DNA from: Candidatus Saccharimonadota bacterium
GTDB lineage: Bacteria; Patescibacteriota; Saccharimonadia; Saccharimonadales; UBA4665
Length of the DNA: 64,000 nucleotides
Assembly (NCBI GenBank): GCA_027315225.1
Contig: DAHUYJ010000002.1
Span: forward strand, 23,889-87,888
Direction: 5' to 3'
Made by a program: the position numbers and the translations under genes. A model generated the notes under the pieces. That model made no database searches, had not been told where the DNA came from, and saw nothing but the letters and a program-made list of their open reading frames with translations. Shown here in pieces: positions 36,272 to 45,912 of the stretch. Each line of letters starts with the position of its first letter. The stretch's first letter is position 1.

Positions 36272-37493
36272 TGTTCGCAACGTGATTAGTTTTGAGGTTT
36301 TGCGTAATCTCAGAAAGAAAACTTTCTGGTTCGCCTCTATAGCCCCGCCTATCCTTATATTGGCGATTATCGGCATAACCCATGCGTCAAGCCGTAGCGC
36401 CAATCAAGCTTCTCAGCAGCAGGCGGCAGCTGTTACTAAAGACTCTAAAATAGCGGTGCTTGACGAGACCGGGGTCATTAGTAAAAAGACGTTGATTAAA
36501 GAACAGCTCATTTCTGAGCCTACCGCGCAAGCAGGTATCGCAGCGGTGAAGAACGGCAGCTTGAGCGCATTCATCTACTACCCCAAGAATGTGACCGAGA
36601 CAGGCATCCAGCTCTATGCGCAAGACCGGGGCATTAGCAACCCTACGCCATATAACAGCTTGGCTGCTGCGCTCCTCGTAGATAGCGCTAAAGCCAGGGC
36701 TGTTGCCGCTATTCGTAACTCGCAAATCGTACAACTGTTAGAGAATGAACCAACCGTGACTTCTACGACTTACAAAAATGGCAGCCAAACAAATGACGAA
36801 GCAGATATTATCGCGCCTGGCATATTTCTTGTCGCTTTCCTGGCATTGGTTGTGCTTCAAGCATACCTCATGATCACCAGCACGACGGAGGAGAAAGAAA
36901 ACCGGACCGCCGAGATGTTACTTACTTCTATAAAATCCCGCAGCCTGATAACCGGAAAGATCCTTTCCTTATTCATATTAGGCTTAGTGCAATTGCTAGT
37001 AATCATCGTGCCGCTTTTGATAGCGTATGGGCTGTTCAGGCAGCACATTACGCTGCCAGGAGGCGTAACACTCAGCCGCATACCGCTTGACCCTAAGACT
37101 ATTGTATTCGGCGCACTATTCTTTGTTGGAGGAGCCGTAGTGTTTACAGGCTTTTTAGTAGGGTTTGGCTCACTGTTCCCGAGCGCACAAGAAGCCGGAC
37201 GCTATTTGGGGTTGGCTATAATCTCGGCTTTCTTACCCATTTATGCAATAGGATACATACTCAACTCAACGCATATGCTAATCGTGAACCTATTCACCTT
37301 CTTTCCGCTAACCGCGCCAACCACCCTACTGATTCGCAATGCGATCGGTACTATTTCTGTCAGCGAAGCGCTGGTAGCTCTAGCGGTGGTGGCATTAAGT
37401 GCGGTGGTCGCAATTATGTTCGCCATGAAGGCTTTCCGGTACGGCGCAATGGAATACGGACGAAGAATAAGCGTTAAGGAGTTGTTGCACTAA
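36264..37493 (+). CDS. ABC-2-type transporter permease (NatB-like)
   Basis: N-terminal TM, large extracytoplasmic loop and 5 C-terminal TM helices. Overlaps the ATPase gene by 8 nt. Confidence 0.7.
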   Translation: MANVRNVISFEVLRNLRKKTFWFASIAPPILILAIIGITHASSRSANQASQQQAAAVTKDSKIAVLDETGVISKKTLIKEQLISEPTAQAGIAAVKNGSLSAFIYYPKNVTETGIQLYAQDRGISNPTPYNSLAAALLVDSAKARAVAAIRNSQIVQLLENEPTVTSTTYKNGSQTNDEADIIAPGIFLVAFLALVVLQAYLMITSTTEEKENRTAEMLLTSIKSRSLITGKILSLFILGLVQLLVIIVPLLIAYGLFRQHITLPGGVTLSRIPLDPKTIVFGALFFVGGAVVFTGFLVGFGSLFPSAQEAGRYLGLAIISAFLPIYAIGYILNSTHMLIVNLFTFFPLTAPTTLLIRNAIGTISVSEALVALAVVALSAVVAIMFAMKAFRYGAMEYGRRISVKELLH

Positions 37494-37528
37494 GCGCTTG
37501 CTAACACGTTGGCAACAAAAAGACCGCC

Positions 37529-38443
37529 TTACCTTTTGTGCAGAAATCCGTGACTGTGAGCTCTAACTTCGGCCAGCCAAATACCGATGAACACTACTGC
37601 TATGCCGGCGAATGTCAGGCTGTTGGCCGATTCTTTGAAGAATATGAATGCCACCAGTGCAGTGACGGTAGGTTCAACGTATGTAATGAGGCCGTAGTCC
37701 TGACCTCCAAGAGTTTTGAGGGACCAGAAACTGAGGCCATAACTTGCTATGCCTACGCCGATTATGCCGTATAGGACGCTGAGGAACACAACATGGTTGC
37801 TCAACGCAACCATGTTGGTTATGGTCGGGAAAGCCAACATTAGGTACACGGTAGCCGCCGTAACCAATCCTATAAAGAGTACCTGCAAAGTCGGCACACG
37901 CTTGCTGAGATACTTTACAATCCATACGCCTATAACAGAGCAACACACCGCTAACAGCACTAAGAGGTTGCCGATAAGACCCCCTGCCGATAGTGAATTG
38001 GTACCTGTCGTTGGCCCTAGAATAATGGTCGCTACCCCAAGGAAAGCAACCATGATCCCGAGCAGTACCTTCTTTTTGAACCGTTCGCGCATAAGTTCTA
38101 CAGAAAATACAAACAGCAACAGCGGTTCGAGCATAAGAATAAGCGCCACGTCAATGCTGCTGGTGCGTTTGAGGCCCAAGTATATAAGCAAATTGGTACC
38201 ACAATATAAGATTAGCCCGCACAACATCGATAGCAGCAAGTCTCTTCTTCCGATAGGCTTCCATCGCTTGACCATAAATGGCGCCATCAGGATCGCTGGA
38301 CCGGCGTGACGCAGCAATGCAAAGTTATACAGCGGCATAAACCGCAAAGAGTATTTGATAAGTGGCGTATAGATACCCGACAGGACATTGGCAGCTACAA
38401 GTCCTGTGGTCGCCGCACCGGTTTTGGGTTTTGATTTTTTCAC
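37529..38443 (-). CDS. DMT-superfamily (EamA-like) transporter
   Basis: 10 predicted TM helices in two EamA-like halves. Confidence 0.78.
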   Translation of the reverse strand: MKKSKPKTGAATTGLVAANVLSGIYTPLIKYSLRFMPLYNFALLRHAGPAILMAPFMVKRWKPIGRRDLLLSMLCGLILYCGTNLLIYLGLKRTSSIDVALILMLEPLLLFVFSVELMRERFKKKVLLGIMVAFLGVATIILGPTTGTNSLSAGGLIGNLLVLLAVCCSVIGVWIVKYLSKRVPTLQVLFIGLVTAATVYLMLAFPTITNMVALSNHVVFLSVLYGIIGVGIASYGLSFWSLKTLGGQDYGLITYVEPTVTALVAFIFFKESANSLTFAGIAVVFIGIWLAEVRAHSHGFLHKR

Positions 38444-38497
38444 CGCCTCCCTATTGTAGCTTATATTTATTTACTGCCCATGCGGTATAATACAGTT

Positions 38498-38692
38498 ATG
38501 AAGAGATTGCTAAGTATCACACTGATCCTCGGCTTTCTGTTTATTGACTTGCTATTCTTTCATGACATTTTTAAGCCAGGCGAAGTCACCACGCTTCCTC
38601 AGTACCTGACCGGCATCTTGAGCATTCCTGTTATGGTCATTGCGCTGCAATCTTTGCTGCAACGCGGCGGCCGCACCAAAAACTCCCGATGA
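38498..38692 (+). CDS. Hypothetical small membrane protein (64 aa)
   Basis: MKRLLSITLILGFLFIDLLFF... Start set to the ATG 6 nt after TATAAT (38486-38491), which lies inside the longer ORF. Confidence 0.4.
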   Translation: MKRLLSITLILGFLFIDLLFFHDIFKPGEVTTLPQYLTGILSIPVMVIALQSLLQRGGRTKNSR

Positions 38693-38741
38693 ATCGGGCT
38701 TTACGCCTGGGGATTCCGTGGCTTTCACAAAATGATGAAGC

Positions 38742-39254
38742 TCAATCTTTACCGTGCTTGTGTTTGTGGGGATGGCCAGTTTTGGGACGTTGCAGCCAGA
38801 GCACTAGCAGACAGGCCAGCGCGCTGCTGCCGACGATGAGGTCTTGCGCCCGCTGAATCTGTGACCAGAGCGATGAATCGACGATGTTGTGGCTCAGTCC
38901 CGGCGGCAGCAGCGGCACCACCAACAGTGAACCAAGCAGTCCGACTCCCACCGCCGGCAGCGCGTTAAGCGTTAAGCGGCCATATCCATGGACTGTCCGG
39001 ATCATAAAAACAGCCGTTAAAATTACTGGCAGCAATAAAAGCAACAACTTGATGGTGTCGTTGCCGGTATCCACGCCCTTCGGTACATGCGCAGAAAACA
39101 GTGTCAAGAAGGTGTTGGCATCCGGAGCAACAAACTGCACCAGCACGTCCCCCAGACAAAGGCTCAAAAAAACCAGTACGGCGTTAATCCGTAGAAACAA
39201 CAAGACTAGGACTGGTACCAATATGATGGCGGCTAGCGTAATGGCTGGGGTCAT
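38742..39254 (-). CDS. Hypothetical polytopic membrane protein (170 aa)
   Basis: Five hydrophobic helices. No recognisable family. Confidence 0.5.
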   Translation of the reverse strand: MTPAITLAAIILVPVLVLLFLRINAVLVFLSLCLGDVLVQFVAPDANTFLTLFSAHVPKGVDTGNDTIKLLLLLLPVILTAVFMIRTVHGYGRLTLNALPAVGVGLLGSLLVVPLLPPGLSHNIVDSSLWSQIQRAQDLIVGSSALACLLVLWLQRPKTGHPHKHKHGKD

Positions 39255-39297
39255 GGTATCAATACTATACCATGAGCGGTTTGCGCGCGGAGACCTA

Positions 39298-40200
39298 TTA
39301 CGCGCCGACCTTATCCTTGCGTCGGCCGGCCCGGGCCAGCACTTCGGCGTACTCTATAACCTTGGTGGCCACGTTGCGGCCGGTTACTTTCTCTATGCTG
39401 AATCCCGGGCTGGCATTAACTTCCAGAACCAGCGGCCCTTGGTTGCTTCGAATCATATCCACACCGGCCACTGACAGTCCCATAGATTTGGCGGCCTTCC
39501 GTACAGTTTTACGTTCCTCATCAGTAAGTTTTACAGTTATGCCCTCCCCGCCTTGGTGTAAGTTGGAACGAAAGTCGTCATCCAAGCTTTGCCTGAGCAT
39601 GCTGGCCACGACCTTGCCGTTAACCACCACAGACCGGATATCAACGCCGGCGCTTTCGGCTACGAATTCCTGCACCAGGAAGTTCACGCCCTCGACATAA
39701 AACGCCTGCATCACGGCCAACGCCGCCTTGGGGGTTTCGGCCAGCACTACGCCGTTCCCGTGGGTTCCCCGCGCTACTTTGATAATTGCCGGGGCGCCGC
39801 CGACCTGTTTGAGCACGTCATCGAAATCGGCCGTTTCGCGTACCACCACCGTCTTGGGTATGCCAACACCGGCTTTGGCCAATAGTTGCATGCTGCGCAA
39901 TTTATCACGCGAACGCACTAGGGCGATCGAGCTGGTTGTACTGGGTACGTTCTGCATCTCGAACTGGCGGGTGATTGAGCTGCCGTAATTGGTCAGGCTG
40001 GCTGAAACGCGGGGTATGATAACGTTGATGTCCCGTACTTCTTTTCCTTTGTAGCGTACGACTGGGTTATCGCGTTCGACGGTTATATAACACTTGGAAT
40101 AATCGATAACTTGTACTTTGTGCCCCCGGTTCAAGGCTTCTTCTTTGAGCCGCTTGGTTGAGTAATTGTCGGACTCTCTCGATAAAATCGCGATGTTCAT
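39298..40200 (-). CDS. rimK: RimK-family alpha-L-glutamate ligase (ATP-grasp)
   Basis: Collinear with E. coli RimK: MNIAILSRE, RDKLRSMQLLA, GTHGNGVVLAE, DIRSVVV, DFRSNLHQGG, GVDMIRSNQGPLVLEVNASPG. Confidence 0.92.
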   Translation of the reverse strand: MNIAILSRESDNYSTKRLKEEALNRGHKVQVIDYSKCYITVERDNPVVRYKGKEVRDINVIIPRVSASLTNYGSSITRQFEMQNVPSTTSSIALVRSRDKLRSMQLLAKAGVGIPKTVVVRETADFDDVLKQVGGAPAIIKVARGTHGNGVVLAETPKAALAVMQAFYVEGVNFLVQEFVAESAGVDIRSVVVNGKVVASMLRQSLDDDFRSNLHQGGEGITVKLTDEERKTVRKAAKSMGLSVAGVDMIRSNQGPLVLEVNASPGFSIEKVTGRNVATKVIEYAEVLARAGRRKDKVGA

Positions 40201-40209
40201 AGCTGCACC

Positions 40210-40650
40210 TTACTGCCTGCCATGGCTTACGTCAACCAAAAATCCGTGCAGCCGCAAAAAGTTGCGCCCGACCAGCATCTGATACTTCATAAAACTGCGG
40301 TTCGTCAGGGTCAGAGTTATCGGATAACTCTGCCCCATCATTTCGACATCGGTATCGATAGCGTAACGAATGTCGGCCAGGCCGTTGGAGCTTTTAACGC
40401 GCCTTTTATGGTACGAATCAATCTCAATAGTGTGGCCCCGGCTGCCGAGCGGAGAAAACCTCAGGTGTTTTACTCCCTGTTTGTCGGTAACTTCACGAAT
40501 CCTATTGGCGTGCAGGGAGCCATTAAAGGCGCCGGTGTCGACCTTGGCAGGCAACGCCTCGATTCCCAAGAGCGGCAGGTTTACTTGCAGCGTTCTACCA
40601 ACCGTCTTGGCGGGCTCGACTTTCTTGAATGATGTCCAGGTAAATTTCAT
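40210..40650 (-). CDS. Retropepsin-like 'ATP-dependent zinc protease' family protein (DUF785/RimB-like)
   Basis: AKVDTGAFNGSLHA (the DTGA-type motif of this family), about 146 aa, directly upstream of rimK as in other bacteria. Confidence 0.68.
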   Translation of the reverse strand: MKFTWTSFKKVEPAKTVGRTLQVNLPLLGIEALPAKVDTGAFNGSLHANRIREVTDKQGVKHLRFSPLGSRGHTIEIDSYHKRRVKSSNGLADIRYAIDTDVEMMGQSYPITLTLTNRSFMKYQMLVGRNFLRLHGFLVDVSHGRQ

Positions 40651-40706
40651 CCCAAAAAATTATTTAAGAGTAGAATTGTATAATATACCAGCTAATTAAT
40701 CAAGTG

Positions 40707-40832
40707 TTAGATGTGTAGCTTCTGTGCATGTAGAACCCGGTTATAGGCCGCGTACACGATGGCCAAGACTATCAGGAGAATCACTATCAGTAAAGGAATG
40801 AGGCCATTCTGGTTAAGCTGTTTTGGCTTCAT
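40707..40832 (-). CDS. Candidate 41-aa single-TM peptide (below ORF-track cutoff)
   Basis: ATG...TAA gives MKPKQLNQNGLIPLLIVILLIVLAIVYAAYNRVLHAQKLHI. No clear SD. Lies in the AT-rich intergenic region. Confidence 0.25.
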   Translation of the reverse strand: MKPKQLNQNGLIPLLIVILLIVLAIVYAAYNRVLHAQKLHI

Positions 40833-40926
40833 GTAAGCATAATTATTAAGCTAAGTACGGATTTTAGCAACCTTTATACATATAAAAGTTGTATATAATC
40901 ATATAATATGATATAATTAACCTCAT

Positions 40927-41589
40927 ATGGCTGAGACTGTATACTTTGAGCTTGCAGCGACGATTCCCGAGGTAGTAAGCTACGCGGTTGGTGCTGCCGG
41001 TGTAACCTTGGGAGGCATAGCTCTGTGGTCAAACCGGCGAAAGCATGCGCTAGAAGACCGCCTAAAGATTAGCGAGCAAAAACGACGGCTAGACGCAAAG
41101 ACCGGATTATTAAACTATCCCTCCTTTGAAGAGGAGTTTAAGAAACGCACTGGTAGCACCCAACGTTCGGCAGATGTTAATCGGAAGCACGGGCTGCTGC
41201 TGGCAGACATTGATGATTTTAAAGCTTTGAACACTCTGCTCACCTTGCCGGTAACAGATAAGGTGGCTTTGCTGCCGGTTGCAGATGTGTTCAGACGGAC
41301 TGTGCGCCAGGAAAGTGATGTTGTTGCCAGATTTGGGGGCGAAGAATTTGTGGCCCTGCTTACCGATACGGATCAAGAGGGTGCACTTACTGTGAGCCAA
41401 AATATGCAAAAGTCTGTTAATGCCGTTCATCCTGCCGGCAAACCACTTGGCCTTACCGTAGCCTATACCGCGTTTAGGCAGGGCATGCCTTTGGACGGCC
41501 TCATGGAGCAACTGAGCGAAAAATTGACTGAAGCCAAGCAGGTGCCCGGGAAAAATCAAATTGTACCAGTTCAGCCTTTATATATTTAG
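40927..41589 (+). CDS. GGDEF-domain diguanylate cyclase with a single N-terminal TM helix
   Basis: LLADIDDFKALN ... ARFGGEEFVALL (GGEEF active-site motif). No sensor domain. Canonical RxxD I-site absent (QESD). Confidence 0.82.
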   Translation: MAETVYFELAATIPEVVSYAVGAAGVTLGGIALWSNRRKHALEDRLKISEQKRRLDAKTGLLNYPSFEEEFKKRTGSTQRSADVNRKHGLLLADIDDFKALNTLLTLPVTDKVALLPVADVFRRTVRQESDVVARFGGEEFVALLTDTDQEGALTVSQNMQKSVNAVHPAGKPLGLTVAYTAFRQGMPLDGLMEQLSEKLTEAKQVPGKNQIVPVQPLYI

Positions 41590-42704
41590 CGGCCGAAGAG
41601 CCCTCCTCTCTTATATTCGCTGCCAAAATCTTTCAGTAGCTCCTGCTGCTTCTTTGTTAATTTGGTCGGCGTGTCAACGGTTAGGGTAACGATATGCGCG
41701 CCGCGGCTGTTGCCGCGCAGATGCGGCACGCCGTGGTTGGATAACTTGAAGTCCGAGCCTGATTGGGTGCCGGCCGGTACTTTCATTCGGATTGGGCCGT
41801 CTACGGTCTCCACCTCAATCTCGGTGCCGAGCGCAGCGCCCACCATATCGACATGTTCCTCGCTAAGGATGAGGTCACCTTCGCGGGTGAATTTCTTGTG
41901 CGGCTTGACGCGGACGTTGACGTAGAGATCGCCTTTCGGCCCGTTGGCGATGGCTTCGCCGTGCTCGCGCAAGCGGATCGTGGCGCCATCGTCAATACCT
42001 GGCGGGATTTTGAGCTGTACGGTTTGTTTTTTGGGCTGCGTGCCTCTGCCGCGGCATACGGAGCAGGCCTTCTCAGGAACTTTGCCGGTGCCATGGCACT
42101 TGGGGCAGACGCTGGCCTGCTGGATATTACCGAAAATAGTACGCGTGGCTGTCACGACCTGTCCGGAACCATGGCACTGGTCACAAGTTTTGAGCTCGTA
42201 ACCGGGCTCGACGGTAGTGCCTTTACAGTGCTCGCAGGTATCGTCCAGTTCCAGATGCAAGTCGGCTTCGGTGCCGAAGACAGCTTGTTCGAAGCTTATT
42301 TCCACGCCGGCCTGTACGTCACGGCCACGAGCTTGCCGGGATCCGCTGCGCCGGCCGCCACCGCCAAAACCTTCGCCAAAGAAGCTGCTGAATATATCGC
42401 CCAGCCCCAGATCGCCGAAGTCAAAGTTGACGTTCTGGCCCCCGGCGCCGCCAAAGCCGGCAAAGGGATTGCCACCACCGGCGCCGCCATTCCCCACCCC
42501 GGCATGGCCGAATTGGTCATAGCGTTTGCGCTTGTCGGTGTCCTTCAGGACTTCGTAGGCTTCGTTAATTTCTTTGAACTTGGCTTCGTCGCCGCCGCGA
42601 TCCGGGTGGTGTTCTACTGCCGCCCGCCGGAACGCCTTCTTGATCTCGTCCGCGGAGGCGTCTTTGCCGACTCCCAAAACATCGTAATAGTCACGCTTCG
42701 CCAT
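41586..42704 (-). CDS. dnaJ: Chaperone DnaJ
   Basis: J domain with HPD, G/F region, four CxxCxGxG zinc-finger repeats. Confidence 0.97.
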   Translation of the reverse strand: MAKRDYYDVLGVGKDASADEIKKAFRRAAVEHHPDRGGDEAKFKEINEAYEVLKDTDKRKRYDQFGHAGVGNGGAGGGNPFAGFGGAGGQNVNFDFGDLGLGDIFSSFFGEGFGGGGRRSGSRQARGRDVQAGVEISFEQAVFGTEADLHLELDDTCEHCKGTTVEPGYELKTCDQCHGSGQVVTATRTIFGNIQQASVCPKCHGTGKVPEKACSVCRGRGTQPKKQTVQLKIPPGIDDGATIRLREHGEAIANGPKGDLYVNVRVKPHKKFTREGDLILSEEHVDMVGAALGTEIEVETVDGPIRMKVPAGTQSGSDFKLSNHGVPHLRGNSRGAHIVTLTVDTPTKLTKKQQELLKDFGSEYKRGGLFGR

Positions 42705-42999
42705 CGGTGTCTCCCAGCCCTAACGAGGCCTCCATTCCTTGCCAAATTCTTGCTTCGGCCAACCTGAACACTTCTTCACTGCGGTCCCGTGGTATGCCAT
42801 ATCCGACAACGATCGAGTCCTCCAAGTGATCCTTGATAAGGTCTTCTGTTGCCTTGTCGATCTCGAGAGCCACGAGAAGCTCTATGGTTGCCAGGATTTT
42901 CGGGTCACCTGCGGCTTCCTGGACAGCCCAGTCTTGGCGGGCCTCCGGACCGACGGCGTCCCACATTCTCTCTTGCGCGATATCTCGTTCACTACTCAT
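42691..42999 (-). CDS. Hypothetical acidic protein (102 aa) between dnaK and dnaJ
   Basis: Stop overlaps the dnaJ start by 14 nt. TAGAAT box lies 6 nt upstream of the ATG. No recognisable family. Confidence 0.5.
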   Translation of the reverse strand: MSSERDIAQERMWDAVGPEARQDWAVQEAAGDPKILATIELLVALEIDKATEDLIKDHLEDSIVVGYGIPRDRSEEVFRLAEARIWQGMEASLGLGDTDGEA

Positions 43000-43067
43000 C
43001 GTTACATTCTACCAGCCTTTAACTGACTCTGCCGTTTCGAGAGTATCGCGGCAGCCATAGGTGATAT

Positions 43068-45014
43068 TTACTCTTTCTTGTCTTTGTCGTCGACGACTTC
43101 GCCTTCCAGCGGCTCGTCTTTCGAGCCAGGCTCTTTGTCCTTGGCGTCCTTGGGGCTGTCGGAGGCCTTATCCTCTTCGGGAGTTTCGGAATTGGCAGCG
43201 CTGGCTTGCTCGTACATCTTGGCGCCAATAGGCATAATCTTATCGTTGAGTTCTTTGGCGGCGTTCTCCAGGGATTCTTTGGTAGCTTTTTCGTCGCCGA
43301 CTATCTTTTTGGCCGAGTCGATGGCCTCGTTCAGGGTCTTGGCATCATCGTCAGACAATTTGTCGCCGTTATCCTTTTTGAGTTTTTCGGCCTGATAGAC
43401 GGCGCTGTCCAGCAGGTTGCGAGACTCGACTAGCTCTTTCTTGGCCTTGTCCTCTTCGGCATGGGCTTCGGCTTCTTTGGCCATTTTCTCGACCTCGTTC
43501 TTGTCGAGGTTGCCGGAGCCGCTGATGGTAATGCTTTGCTCTTTGCCGGTACCTTTGTCCTTGGCGGTCACGTTGAGAATCCCGTTGGCGTCTATGTTGA
43601 ACGTAACTTCGATTTGAGGGATGCCGCGTGGTGCCGGCGCGATCCCATCCAGGGTGAACCGGCCCAGACTTTTATTGTCGGCGATCATCTCGCGTTCGCC
43701 TTGGGCCACGTGGATTTCCACCTGCGGCTGGCTGTCGGCCGCCGTAGAGAAGATTTCGGACTTGCTGGTTGGTATAGTAGTATTGCGCTCGATCAGCTTG
43801 GTCATCACGCCGCCCATGGTTTCGATACCCAAGCTCAGCGGCGTAACATCAAGCAGCAACACGTCTTTGACGTCACCCTGCAGAACGCCGCCCTGGATGG
43901 CTGCGCCGATAGCGACAACTTCGTCAGGATTAACACCTTTCATAGGCTCTTTTCCAAAGATCTGCTTGACCTTCTCCTGAACCGCCGGCATACGCGTCAT
44001 GCCGCCGACCAGTACCACGGCATCAATTTCGGAAGCCTTGACCTTGGCGTCTTTGAGCGCCTTTTCGCAGGGCACTTTTGTCTTATCAATCAGGTCGGAG
44101 ACCAGACTTTCGAGCTTGGCCCGGGTCAGCTTGTGCTCGAAGTGTTTGGGCCCTTCGGCGTCAGCAGTCAAGAACGGCAGGTTAACGTCAACCTCTTGCG
44201 CGGTTGATAGCTCGATCTTAGCTTTCTCGGCCTCGTCGCGCAAACGTTGCATAGCGGCCTTGTCCTCTCGGATATCGATGCCATGCTCTTTTTTGAATTC
44301 GTCTGCAAAATAGTTGATGATCACGCGGTCGAAGTCCGCGCCGCCGAGGTGGGTATCGCCGTTAGTGGACTTGACTTCAAACACACCGTCACCCAATTCC
44401 AGAATAGACACGTCGAATGTACCGCCACCTAGGTCGTAGACAGCGATCTTTTCGTCTTTCTTCTCGCCCTTGTCCAGGCCGTAAGCCAAAGCCGCCGCGG
44501 TGGGCTCGTTGATGATGCGCTTGACTTCTAGACCTGCGATCTTGCCGGCATCCTTGGTAGCCTGCCGTTGACTGTCGTCAAAGTAAGCTGGGACGGTAAT
44601 AACCGCTTCGGTGACTTTGTCGCCCAGAAATGCCTCGGCGTCGCTCTTGAGTTTGCCGAGCACCATGGCGCTGACCTCTTCCGGACTGTATTCTTTGTCG
44701 CCCATTTTGACCTTGACGCCGGCGCCGCTTTTGATAATTTCATAACCCATAAGCTTGAGGTCACGCTGGACTTCCTCGTCACTGAATTTACGTCCGATGA
44801 GACGCTTGACCTCATAAATCGTATTTTTAGAGTTGGTAACCTGCTGACGGCGGGCTACCTGGCCGACCAGGCGTTCACCGTTCTTGTTAACCGCTACGAC
44901 TGACGGTGTCGTACGGTTCCCTTCGCTGTTGGCGATAATTTCTGACTTACCGCTTTGCATAACGGCCATGGCTGAGTTAGTAGTTCCGAGGTCTATACCG
45001 ATAATCTTGCTCAT
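43068..45014 (-). CDS. dnaK: Chaperone DnaK (Hsp70)
   Basis: [18 protein letters not shown] and the full nucleotide- and substrate-binding domains. SD AGGAGAAAGG. Confidence 0.98.
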   Translation of the reverse strand: MSKIIGIDLGTTNSAMAVMQSGKSEIIANSEGNRTTPSVVAVNKNGERLVGQVARRQQVTNSKNTIYEVKRLIGRKFSDEEVQRDLKLMGYEIIKSGAGVKVKMGDKEYSPEEVSAMVLGKLKSDAEAFLGDKVTEAVITVPAYFDDSQRQATKDAGKIAGLEVKRIINEPTAAALAYGLDKGEKKDEKIAVYDLGGGTFDVSILELGDGVFEVKSTNGDTHLGGADFDRVIINYFADEFKKEHGIDIREDKAAMQRLRDEAEKAKIELSTAQEVDVNLPFLTADAEGPKHFEHKLTRAKLESLVSDLIDKTKVPCEKALKDAKVKASEIDAVVLVGGMTRMPAVQEKVKQIFGKEPMKGVNPDEVVAIGAAIQGGVLQGDVKDVLLLDVTPLSLGIETMGGVMTKLIERNTTIPTSKSEIFSTAADSQPQVEIHVAQGEREMIADNKSLGRFTLDGIAPAPRGIPQIEVTFNIDANGILNVTAKDKGTGKEQSITISGSGNLDKNEVEKMAKEAEAHAEEDKAKKELVESRNLLDSAVYQAEKLKKDNGDKLSDDDAKTLNEAIDSAKKIVGDEKATKESLENAAKELNDKIMPIGAKMYEQASAANSETPEEDKASDSPKDAKDKEPGSKDEPLEGEVVDDKDKKE

Positions 45015-45076
45015 GTTTTGTAGTAAGCCTTTCTCCTAAATTAGCAGTCTTATAATGCTACTGCCAGTGTAGACAA

Positions 45077-45103
45077 TTAGCACTCTCATGTCAAGAGTGC
45101 CAA
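45077..45103 (-). promoter_or_regulatory. CIRCE operator (HrcA site) overlapping the dnaK promoter
   Basis: TTAGCACTC-N9-GAGTGCCAA. On the minus strand the N9 spacer holds the -35 TTGACA, followed 17 nt later by TACACT. Confidence 0.85.
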
Positions 45104-45110
45104 CGGGTAG

Positions 45111-45650
45111 TTATTTTTTCAGGCTGACTCTGACTATAGCGTGGCGGATGATGTCGCTGCCAATTTTGTAACCGGCCTGGAGTTCTTCGCTGACGATTTC
45201 ATCGTCGCCATCGCCCTCTTCCATACTGATCGCTTCGTGCAAGTGCGGGTCAAAGCGTTCGCCAACGGTCTTGATGCGCTCCACTCCCATATCCGCCAAT
45301 GTTTTTTCGAACAGCTGGTGAGTTTTACTAACCCCTCGTATCCACTCGGTTGTCTTGTCACCTTCTCCGCTTAGACTTTCAAGTTCTGGCTTGGGATGGT
45401 GCCTAATGGCCCGCTCAAAGTTATCAATAACCGGCAACAGATCGCGCACAACGTCGGCTTTGAGCCGGGTGCGCAGGCTGGCAATTTCTTCCTCGTGTCG
45501 ACGGCGAAGATTAATAGCATCAGCGCGCTCCTGCTGTAAGGCAGCGGTGAGCTTTGTCAGCTGCTCTTTTAGCTCTTCTTGCTGCTTGTCAAGCTTGGCG
45601 GTGGCCTTTTTAGGCTTCCGGCTTGACGGTTCACTATGGTCTTTAGACAC
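45111..45650 (-). CDS. grpE: Nucleotide exchange factor GrpE
   Basis: Long N-terminal helix, DNFERA, and a C-terminal beta domain (FDPHLHEAI...). Confidence 0.9.
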   Translation of the reverse strand: MSKDHSEPSSRKPKKATAKLDKQQEELKEQLTKLTAALQQERADAINLRRRHEEEIASLRTRLKADVVRDLLPVIDNFERAIRHHPKPELESLSGEGDKTTEWIRGVSKTHQLFEKTLADMGVERIKTVGERFDPHLHEAISMEEGDGDDEIVSEELQAGYKIGSDIIRHAIVRVSLKK

Positions 45651-45912
45651 TGAAGTGCTCCGGTGTCAGTCCTGCAAACTGCTTCTTCATATCTATAACA
45701 TCAAGTAAGGCGTAGGCGGCCAAGACTTTCGTATGATCATCCGGTATGCCCAACTCCCTTAAACTGTGATGAACCGGATCAATGGTTTGCGCGCCTCTAG
45801 CAAGGTCAAGCGTTCCTGTACGGGGACATACATAATCGGCGAAGGCGTCAAACAACCTACTATATGCATATGTGCCTGCGGCTGTACTGCGCAAAGGTTC
45901 CTGGTTAGGCAT
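45643..45912 (-). CDS. Hypothetical protein (89 aa) between hrcA and grpE
   Basis: 8-nt overlaps with both the hrcA stop and the grpE start. No recognisable family. Confidence 0.45.
   Translation of the reverse strand: MPNQEPLRSTAAGTYAYSRLFDAFADYVCPRTGTLDLARGAQTIDPVHHSLRELGIPDDHTKVLAAYALLDVIDMKKQFAGLTPEHFSV

Noticed and set aside
41763-42767. 334-aa + strand ORF antisense to dnaJ, with further long antisense ORFs at 43461-44207 (dnaK) and at 53363-54514 and 53622-54578 (ftsH)
   Set aside because: All are shadow ORFs opposite highly conserved genes. They have no independent start signals or recognisable domains.
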